A stretch of DNA of 64,000 bases. Source: a virus (lineage: Duplodnaviria; Caudoviricetes). The translations under genes were made by a program, and so were the position numbers. Every line of letters starts with the position of its first letter. Positions within the stretch are counted from its first letter, which is position 1. Below are positions 48,848-56,738 of this stretch, piece after piece. The stretch lies in IMG/VR virus record IMGVR_UViG_3300026546_000001, positions 32,001-96,000 of that record. One strand, given 5' to 3'. Below the pieces are notes generated by a model. It was not told the DNA's origin and did no database searches. It saw nothing but the letters and a program-made list of their open reading frames with translations.

Positions 48848-49572
48848 AAATAAGAATTGATGTTCCGTGTTATAATAGAAAAAATATAACTGAATTAGTA
48901 TTAAATCAGTTATATAAATTTAAAACTAATAATGCTGATATTAGAATTTATAATGATAATTCAACTGAATATGATAATAAATGGTTAGAACAATGGGGTG
49001 ATGTTATAACATATGAAATGCCTAAACAAGACAAATGGAAAAATATTCACACTATTCGATATAAGGCGTATTTAGATTTTTTAGATGAAGATTATGATTT
49101 TTTATACATGACTGATAATGACGCATTTCATGATCCAAATTATATAAATGTATTATTAGATTTATATTCAAAAACTAAATTACCAGTATGTGGTTATAAA
49201 TCATATTTTATGAGCACTTTTTCTCCACAATATCGTCGCGCAATAAGACTAAATAAAGAATATCATATTATGAAAAATACTAATGGTGGAATTAGTGTTT
49301 TTTTATCTAAACGTTTAGTTGAAAAATTAATGAAATATTATAATAAAAATACTATAATGTGGGATTGTGATACTTGGAAATATTTAGGTAATACATATGC
49401 TCTTCCTAAAAATAGTATATTAGATCATTATGGTAAAGGAGGATTACATAATAAAGATTGGAATTTTGATTACGCACTATATCCAACAGAATATTTAGCA
49501 AAAGTTAGACCATATATAATAAAATATTTAGAAGGTGAAATAACTAAAGAAAATATTGATAATATTATTTAA
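48844..49572 (+). CDS. GT-A (GT2-like) glycosyltransferase
   Basis: VPCYNR, NDNSTE, MTDNDAFHDP, WD, DHYG..G.HN; ATGA overlap with thyA. Confidence 0.8.
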   Translation: MKIRIDVPCYNRKNITELVLNQLYKFKTNNADIRIYNDNSTEYDNKWLEQWGDVITYEMPKQDKWKNIHTIRYKAYLDFLDEDYDFLYMTDNDAFHDPNYINVLLDLYSKTKLPVCGYKSYFMSTFSPQYRRAIRLNKEYHIMKNTNGGISVFLSKRLVEKLMKYYNKNTIMWDCDTWKYLGNTYALPKNSILDHYGKGGLHNKDWNFDYALYPTEYLAKVRPYIIKYLEGEITKENIDNII

Positions 49573-49829
49573 TTATTTTTATTATGTATCATTTTTAAAA
49601 GTATAGATTGAATCATTTCTTGTGAATATACTGATTTATCATTTAATTCTTCAACATATTTTATAAATGTTGAACAAAATTCATCATATGAATATTTTTT
49701 TGATTCATCTGTTGATATGCTAATAGCTTCATTAGTATTTTTTATGATATTTTTCCAAAAATCATAATCATTTACAAAACTATTTGTTAAATTATCAATA
49801 ATTTTGTTATATTTGTCATTATTATTCAT
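49569..49829 (-). CDS. Hypothetical protein
   Basis: 86-aa ORF with AATATATA upstream. Confidence 0.5.
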   Translation of the reverse strand: MNNNDKYNKIIDNLTNSFVNDYDFWKNIIKNTNEAISISTDESKKYSYDEFCSTFIKYVEELNDKSVYSQEMIQSILLKMIHNKNN

Positions 49830-49855
49830 AATTTATATATTAAAATTTTATTATT

Positions 49856-50581
49856 ATGCAAAAAATAATTTTTATAATTTCAATAATAAGTGTTATATTA
49901 TTATCAATTTTTATAACTACAGTTATACCACATTTTTTTAATGTAAGTTCAACTATTTATAATATAGTTGCATTAATATTAACGATTTATGTGTTGTTAT
50001 ATTTATTAAGAATTATAAAAGTTAAACATTTTGAACATTATCATATTTTAGATAAAAAAATGACTAAGAACATTTTAACTTTTACATTTTTATTATTTTT
50101 AATATTTATTACTATTGAATATTTTTATGATACAATTTTAGTTGCTAATATAGTTATATCATTAATGATTGGATTTTATGCAGGTGATATTAATAGAAAA
50201 ATTGAAAGGTATTATACTAATAAAAAAAATAAACGAAATGATATAATTGCAGAAAAATATTATAATATGATAAGTGATTATATGAATAGAAATGGTTACT
50301 ATATGATTGGCGATATAAATAAAAACGATATATATCAAATTAAAATAAATTTTCATGTTAAACACGCAGATAAAATTGTTAATTTTTTACAGTATTTAGT
50401 TTCAAATCCAAATAAAGCATATTTAACAAATCAAATATTTAATCATATTGACATTAGTGACGATGGATCAGTAATGTTAGATGGTGAAGTTATAACAAAT
50501 CCGTCTAAATTAGGTTTATTTATTTTACAAAAAATAGATGAAAAAAATTATGATGTAACAGTTAATTTAACTGATGCTTAA
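49856..50581 (+). CDS. Membrane protein (four TM helices plus soluble C-terminus)
   Basis: Four hydrophobic segments in the first 110 aa. Confidence 0.6.
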   Translation: MQKIIFIISIISVILLSIFITTVIPHFFNVSSTIYNIVALILTIYVLLYLLRIIKVKHFEHYHILDKKMTKNILTFTFLLFLIFITIEYFYDTILVANIVISLMIGFYAGDINRKIERYYTNKKNKRNDIIAEKYYNMISDYMNRNGYYMIGDINKNDIYQIKINFHVKHADKIVNFLQYLVSNPNKAYLTNQIFNHIDISDDGSVMLDGEVITNPSKLGLFILQKIDEKNYDVTVNLTDA

Positions 50582-50640
50582 TTTTTTTAATTAAATATTT
50601 TTTGTTATATTTGTATCGAATTTTAAAAAACAAAACAATT

Positions 50641-51948
50641 ATGAAAAAAGTTATTGAAGAACTACAATGGAGAGGATTGTTACATCAAACAACACCTGAA
50701 TTAATTAACAAAAATTCAAAAAAAATTACTGTTTATGCTGGATTTGATCCAACTGCAGATTCACTACATATTGGAAATCTTGCGCCAATAATGTTACTTA
50801 AACATTTACAAAACGCAGGTGCAAATATTATAGCTCTTGTTGGCGGAGCAACTGGTATGATTGGTGATCCATCTGGAAAAAAATCAGAAAGAAAATTTTT
50901 AGATGAAAAAACATTAGATAAAAATTTTGATGCAATTCGCAATCAAATACATGAATTACTTCCTAAAAATAATTCAGATGCTAATATACCAAAAATGGTT
51001 AATAACTATAATTGGTATAAAGATATGAATATTCTTTTCTTTTTGCGTAACGTTGGTAAATATATTACTGTTAATACTATGATGTCTAAAGATTCTGTTA
51101 AAAATAGAATTAATGGTGAAAATAATGCTGGAATTAGTTTTACTGAATTTACATATCAATTAATTCAAGCTCAGGATTTTAGGCACTTAAATAATAAATA
51201 TGGTTGTAATTTACAGGTTGGTGGTTCTGATCAATGGGGTAATATGACTGCAGGAATTGAATTGCTTCGTAAAGCTGATAGCGTAGAAGTTGATGCATTA
51301 ACATGTCCATTAATAACAAAAACAGATGGTTCAAAATTTGGTAAAAGTGAAAATGGAAATGTTTGGTTAGATGCAAATAAAACATCACCATATAATTTTT
51401 ATCAATTTTGGTTTAATCAAACTGATGAAGATGCTGCAAAATTTATTAAAATATTTACATTTTTGACAAAATCAGAAATTGATAATATTATTAATGAACA
51501 CAACGCAGCACCACACAAACGTTTATTACAAAAAAGATTAGCAGAAGAAGTAACTAAAATGATACATGGTGAAGAAGGATTACAAGAAGCATTAGTTGCT
51601 ACTGATTTTCTTTTTTCAAAAAAGAATGTTGATATTAATTCATTAGAAAGAATATCAGATACTTCATTTGAAAGAATATTTTCATCTGTTCCAAATACAC
51701 ATATTAATAAAATAATATTTGATTCTGCAACAGACATTTATGATTTATTAAGCGAAAAAACAAATTTTGAAATTTTTAAATCTAAAGGAGATATTCGCAG
51801 ATTAATAAAAAATAATGGTTTGTCAATAAATCTTTCAAAAATTAAAAATGATACAAATTTGACAGATCTTAAAACAATTCATTCAAAATATATTATAATA
51901 CAAAAAGGAAAGAAAAATTTTCACTTATTAAAAATAGTAAATGAATGA
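50641..51948 (+). CDS. tyrS: Tyrosyl-tRNA synthetase
   Basis: YAGFDPTADSLHIGN (HIGH), QVGGSDQWGN, KFGKS (KMSKS), C-terminal S4 domain; probable start ATG 50641. Confidence 0.96.
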   Translation: MKKVIEELQWRGLLHQTTPELINKNSKKITVYAGFDPTADSLHIGNLAPIMLLKHLQNAGANIIALVGGATGMIGDPSGKKSERKFLDEKTLDKNFDAIRNQIHELLPKNNSDANIPKMVNNYNWYKDMNILFFLRNVGKYITVNTMMSKDSVKNRINGENNAGISFTEFTYQLIQAQDFRHLNNKYGCNLQVGGSDQWGNMTAGIELLRKADSVEVDALTCPLITKTDGSKFGKSENGNVWLDANKTSPYNFYQFWFNQTDEDAAKFIKIFTFLTKSEIDNIINEHNAAPHKRLLQKRLAEEVTKMIHGEEGLQEALVATDFLFSKKNVDINSLERISDTSFERIFSSVPNTHINKIIFDSATDIYDLLSEKTNFEIFKSKGDIRRLIKNNGLSINLSKIKNDTNLTDLKTIHSKYIIIQKGKKNFHLLKIVNE

Positions 51949-52618
51949 TACAGCAACATTATTATCAAATTTAACACATGATATGAAATCATATCTGTCT
52001 GTTATAGATGCAATTATATCTAATTTAAAAAATACAAAATTAACAGACGAACAACAATCATTGTTAAATTTGTTGAAACATACTAAAAACTCAATGTGTT
52101 CGATGGTTAATAACACATTGAGTTTTTCTAAATTAGAAAATAAACAACTAACTCTTAAAAATACTATATTTGATATTAACGAATTATTAAATATAACATA
52201 TTCAATGTTATTATATACTGCTAGTAATAATAATGTTAAACTTATAAAAGATTTTAATCATACTATTAAAAATGTTAGGGGTGATAAGATAAGATTTCAA
52301 CAAATTTTAATGAACATTTTATCAAATGCTGTTAAATTTACTGCAAATGGTACTATATCAATAAAAACTTCATCAAAAATCGTTAATAACAATATTGTTT
52401 TTAACTGTGAAATTTCAGACACTGGAATTGGAATTGAAGAATATAAATTAAATAATATTTTTAATAAAAATGTTACATATGATCCAGTTGATGGCACAGG
52501 ATTAGGTCTTTATATTACAAAAGAATTAATTGAATTAATGGATGGTGAAATAACTATTATATCTGAAGTTAATGAAGGAACTACTTTTAAGTTTAATGTT
52601 AAATTTGAATTAATATAA
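51941..52618 (+). CDS. Sensor-less histidine kinase (HisKA + HATPase_c)
   Basis: H box THDMKS, N box NILSNAVKFT, G1 DTGIG, G2 GTGLGL. Confidence 0.88.
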   Translation: MNDTATLLSNLTHDMKSYLSVIDAIISNLKNTKLTDEQQSLLNLLKHTKNSMCSMVNNTLSFSKLENKQLTLKNTIFDINELLNITYSMLLYTASNNNVKLIKDFNHTIKNVRGDKIRFQQILMNILSNAVKFTANGTISIKTSSKIVNNNIVFNCEISDTGIGIEEYKLNNIFNKNVTYDPVDGTGLGLYITKELIELMDGEITIISEVNEGTTFKFNVKFELI

Positions 52619-52918
52619 ATCATTTATATTGTGAATAATTTCTTCATTTTTTAAATTATTTAAATCATATTTTTTTATAACTTTATTAATATCAGTAAAA
52701 ATTGATGTTTTATTATGATATTCAAGATAACACTCCTCTTCATTATTTGAATAATCTTTAGAAAATTCGCTATAATAAACAGTATAAAAATTATCTTCAT
52801 TATATTTAACTATTTTAATATAATATACTGTATCATCGTTATTATATTTAATATATTCATAATCTTCTTCGTGTGAATGATGCACGTTTTTATTTTTTGT
52901 CCAAATTCCTTTAGTCAT
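52610..52918 (-). CDS. Array gene 6
   Basis: MTKGIW...KYDLNNLKNEEIIHNINDLY. Confidence 0.75.
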   Translation of the reverse strand: MTKGIWTKNKNVHHSHEEDYEYIKYNNDDTVYYIKIVKYNEDNFYTVYYSEFSKDYSNNEEECYLEYHNKTSIFTDINKVIKKYDLNNLKNEEIIHNINDLY

Positions 52919-53222
52919 ATAAATCATTTATATCGTGAATTATTTCTTTATTTTTTAAATTATTTAAATCATATAATTCAATTGCGTCTTTTAATGTGTA
53001 TACTATATGATCAATATTAGCTGTTTCAATATATTGTTTCTCACCATATTTAAAGCCTATAAATGAAAATTTACTGAAAAATACACTATAATATTTATGA
53101 TGTGGATATTTAACAACTCTAACTCTATCAACTGTATTATCTTTACTAACATAGCGTTCATAAATATAGTCTTCAAATCCAGTAGATTCAACGTTTTTTT
53201 TGTACCATATATCTTTAGTCAT
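52911..53222 (-). CDS. Array gene 5
   Basis: MTKDIW...LYDLNNLKNKEIIHDINDLYD. Confidence 0.75.
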   Translation of the reverse strand: MTKDIWYKKNVESTGFEDYIYERYVSKDNTVDRVRVVKYPHHKYYSVFFSKFSFIGFKYGEKQYIETANIDHIVYTLKDAIELYDLNNLKNKEIIHDINDLYD

Positions 53223-53508
53223 ATAAGTCGTTAATATTATTTATAGTCGATTTATTAATATTATATTTATTTTTTATTTCATCATCAGTTAAAAATTCTT
53301 GCAAAGTTTCTCCAGTAAAAAATGTTGTATTATTTCTATCAACTGGAATTAATTCAGTATAATATACTTCTCTTAATTTAATTTTATTATCTTTATTTTT
53401 TGTTACTTTTAAAAAATATAATTTATTATTATATTCTTTATAATATTCTTTTATAATAGAGCCATCGTCTTTATAAATTCTTGATAATTCAAATTGATTA
53501 TTCATCAT
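53215..53508 (-). CDS. Array gene 4
   Basis: ...KYNINKSTINNINDLYD. Confidence 0.7.
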   Translation of the reverse strand: MMNNQFELSRIYKDDGSIIKEYYKEYNNKLYFLKVTKNKDNKIKLREVYYTELIPVDRNNTTFFTGETLQEFLTDDEIKNKYNINKSTINNINDLYD

Positions 53509-53818
53509 ATAAATCGTGTATATTATTTATTAAATCACTTTTAGTATTGTTTAAATCATATTTTTCATTTAAAATGTTAATTATTTTATTTAAACTAATA
53601 TTTGCATATGTTATTTTATTAACGGTATTTATAAAGTTTTTATTGTCTTTATTAAATTTAAAATATTCAACATCATATTCAATTGATTTGCTAATTATAT
53701 ATCTTTTTATTATAAGTTTTTCGTTTGATCCATCAGAATTATTTCTTATCCAGCATTTATAACAATCGTATATTTTACCAAATTTCGTTTTATCATACCA
53801 TATATCTTTAGTAATCAT
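53498..53818 (-). CDS. Array gene 3
   Basis: MITKDIW...KYDLNNTKSDLINNIHDLYDE. Confidence 0.75.
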   Translation of the reverse strand: MITKDIWYDKTKFGKIYDCYKCWIRNNSDGSNEKLIIKRYIISKSIEYDVEYFKFNKDNKNFINTVNKITYANISLNKIINILNEKYDLNNTKSDLINNIHDLYDE

Positions 53819-54137
53819 ATAAATCATTTATATTATTAATAAATTTAATTTTTTGATTATTTAAATCATATTTTTTATTTAAAATATCAATTATTTTATT
53901 TATATGAATATTTATGTAAGTATAACGTACAGATGTATGAGGCATACATCTGTACGTATGTTCATTTTTAATAAATTTAAAATAATTAACCATATATTCA
54001 ATATTTTTATTTTTAAATGTTTTTTTAATAGTAATTTTTTCATATGATAAATCATCATTTAATTTTAACCAATATTTATAATATTTAAATTTTTTTTGAA
54101 AAATGTCGTGATGAATCCAAATGTTTTTAGTCGCCAT
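53808..54137 (-). CDS. Array gene 2
   Basis: MATKNIW...KYDLNNQKIKFINNINDLYDY. Confidence 0.75.
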   Translation of the reverse strand: MATKNIWIHHDIFQKKFKYYKYWLKLNDDLSYEKITIKKTFKNKNIEYMVNYFKFIKNEHTYRCMPHTSVRYTYINIHINKIIDILNKKYDLNNQKIKFINNINDLYDY

Positions 54138-54447
54138 AAATATCACTTATATTATTAATAATTGTTTTTTTATTGTTTAAATCAAATTTATTAATAATTT
54201 CATCGTATGTTTTAAATTTATATTTTTTAACTTCTAATAAGTTGAAAATATCACCTTTAACTCTTTTATAAATTTGTAAATTAACATTATATTCATTAAG
54301 GTGCGTGAAATTATCAATGTATAATAATTTTAAAATATCATTACTTTGATATTTAGTGTAAACAACGCTTGTAAATTTAGAATTTTTTTTAATTCTATTA
54401 ACTGATTTAATCCAATATGATTTATATTTAGTTTTATTAACAAGCAT
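54127..54447 (-). CDS. Array gene 1
   Basis: ...KFDLNNKKTIINNISDIYGD; TAnnTTTG upstream (54471-54478). Confidence 0.7.
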   Translation of the reverse strand: MLVNKTKYKSYWIKSVNRIKKNSKFTSVVYTKYQSNDILKLLYIDNFTHLNEYNVNLQIYKRVKGDIFNLLEVKKYKFKTYDEIINKFDLNNKKTIINNISDIYGD

Positions 54448-54563
54448 AAATATTATTTGTATATTAATAACAAAAATAATAATAATTTTTTAAAATAGGA
54501 AATAGTTTCATATAAACTTTTAAGTTATTATTATTATAAATACTAATAGTTAAATTATTTAAT

Positions 54564-56345
54564 ATGAAATATAAAGGAAAAGAAGTTAAAATTACACCTC
54601 AAGAAATAAATTCAAAATTAGATGAATTAATTGCTAAAGATACATTTGGTGAAGATTTTATATTTAGACCGAATCAACGTAAAACAGTAGTTAAAATAGC
54701 ATTTTTATACTTAAACCAACTATGTGATAATGTAATTTTAGACGCTCCAACTGGAAGTGGTAAGTCTATTATAGCTATAGTGACATCTAAGCTTCTTAGA
54801 GAATGGAAAAAAGAAGGTTATATAATAACATCTAATTTAGAATTACAAGCTCAATATGAGCGTGATGTGAATAAAATGAATTTACAATGGGGTAGTATAA
54901 AAGGAATGGCTAATTATAATTGTGACGTAAATGGTAAATCTTTTCCACAAGGAGAATGTAAAGTTAGAGGTTTTTCAAATGAAAAAATACAAAAATTAGC
55001 GTGTTATAATACATGTAATTATTATATGAGTCGTCTTAAAGCAATTCATTCAAGTATTTCAATATTAAATTATTCTTATTATTTATTACAAAGAAATTAT
55101 GTTGCAGAACGTCAAAAATATGCAAATGAAACAATTGCATTTAAGGAACGCGATTTTGTGTTTTTTGATGAAGCACATAAAATAGACGATATAGTTCAAA
55201 ATCATTTTAGAGTTCGTTTTTCGCAACAAACTCTTGAAAGATTAACTGAACTTATGGAATTATTAGAGGATGAAGGCTTATTAAAATCTGAAATTGATAC
55301 AACTAATTTAATGTTAGATTATTCAGCAATTATGGATGAAGAAGATTTTGATGAAAATATGCAAGCATTACGTAATATTAGAAAAGTTTTAAAATCACTA
55401 GTAGATACAACGCCTGATATTAGATCAAAAATTAATAAAGATCATCCATTAAATTTAAAAAACAAAAAAGATATACCAAAAGTATATACAAAAATACTAT
55501 CTGGATTAGAGCTTATAAAAGACATAAACTGTAAAATAGAAGATTATGTTGAAATAGTTGAAAAAAATGAAAATACATATGTAAAAACTTTATTTAAAGA
55601 TAAAGAAGAAGTTGTTTATAATTTACTTGAAGATGTTGAATTAATTAAAATGAAATTACATTCTCATGTTAAATTTGGAATTTTTATGTCTGCTACATTT
55701 GGTAATCCAGATGTATGGGCTAATTTAACAGGCACTGAAAATTATGAAGTTATTCAACTTGATACAACTTGGGATTACAGCAAAAGCCCAATTGTTATAA
55801 TGCATACACCAAAATTAACATGGAAAAATAAAGAAAAAAGTTGGCCAACTATTGTAAAAAGATTTGATGAAATATTAAATAAACATAATGATGAACGTGG
55901 TATTGTTCATACTGGAAATTTTTCATTTATGACTAGAATTTTAAAAGATTCAAAACATAAAAAACGTTTGTTTACATATACAAATACAAAGGAAAAAATG
56001 ATAGTAATGCCAAAATTTAAAAAATCTAAAAATGGTGTTTTAATTGGTCCAAGTTTATTAGAAGGTATTGATTTACCAAATGAATTATCACGCTTTCAAA
56101 TATTTTTAAAAGTACCGTATCGTCAAATTACTGATAATTTTACTCAACAAAAAATGCGATACAATTCAAAATGGTATAGTTGGAAAACTGCAATTTCTAT
56201 AACTCAAGGTATAGGACGAAGTATTAGAAATGATGGTGATTATGCAGTAACTTATTTATTAGATGGAAGTTTTAAAGATTTTATAACTTATAATTCAAAT
56301 ATGCTAGAAAAATTTATTGTTGATAGAATGCATTATGAAAGTTAA
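54564..56345 (+). CDS. DinG/XPD-family SF2 helicase with probable Fe-S cluster
   Basis: RPNQ, APTGSGKS, four Cys (NC..EC..AC...C), FDEAH, MSAT, EGIDL, QGIGRSIR; AAAC-N16-TTATAA upstream (54514-54539). Confidence 0.9.
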   Translation: MKYKGKEVKITPQEINSKLDELIAKDTFGEDFIFRPNQRKTVVKIAFLYLNQLCDNVILDAPTGSGKSIIAIVTSKLLREWKKEGYIITSNLELQAQYERDVNKMNLQWGSIKGMANYNCDVNGKSFPQGECKVRGFSNEKIQKLACYNTCNYYMSRLKAIHSSISILNYSYYLLQRNYVAERQKYANETIAFKERDFVFFDEAHKIDDIVQNHFRVRFSQQTLERLTELMELLEDEGLLKSEIDTTNLMLDYSAIMDEEDFDENMQALRNIRKVLKSLVDTTPDIRSKINKDHPLNLKNKKDIPKVYTKILSGLELIKDINCKIEDYVEIVEKNENTYVKTLFKDKEEVVYNLLEDVELIKMKLHSHVKFGIFMSATFGNPDVWANLTGTENYEVIQLDTTWDYSKSPIVIMHTPKLTWKNKEKSWPTIVKRFDEILNKHNDERGIVHTGNFSFMTRILKDSKHKKRLFTYTNTKEKMIVMPKFKKSKNGVLIGPSLLEGIDLPNELSRFQIFLKVPYRQITDNFTQQKMRYNSKWYSWKTAISITQGIGRSIRNDGDYAVTYLLDGSFKDFITYNSNMLEKFIVDRMHYES

Positions 56346-56677
56346 AATAACGTAGAATTATTATAAATAGTTTTAAAATTATTTTCTATCATATTACATT
56401 TTTCAAGAAATGTATTTATATGTTCTTCATTTAAATTATACCATTCACCATCAATTGATTGATCATTATATATACGTTTTAGTGTAGATTCAACTTTAAA
56501 TGGCCAATTAGATTCAAATTCATATAATATTACTAAATCATTAGGATTTGATGTTTTATGTTGTTTTAAACGTTTTTTAGGATTTTTACTAACACCAATT
56601 TTATATTGTGTAATATTATTATAATATGATTCTATTAAATACACTTTTCTTGGTTCTTGAGGTTCAAAATATTTCAT
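56342..56677 (-). CDS. GIY-YIG / T5orf172-type nuclease domain protein
   Basis: VYLI...YKIGVS.NP.KRL..H.TSNP...E..L....GEWY. Confidence 0.8.
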   Translation of the reverse strand: MKYFEPQEPRKVYLIESYYNNITQYKIGVSKNPKKRLKQHKTSNPNDLVILYEFESNWPFKVESTLKRIYNDQSIDGEWYNLNEEHINTFLEKCNMIENNFKTIYNNSTLF

Positions 56678-56738
56678 AAATTATATAGGAAATATTTTTA
56701 ATTACGTCTATATAATTTATGAAATATTTTTTAAAAAA

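Noticed and set aside
52610-54447. CRISPR array or integron cassette array
   Set aside because: The repeats are degenerate, protein-coding and about 300 bp apart. I see no attC-like palindromes, and no cas or integrase gene is in the window.
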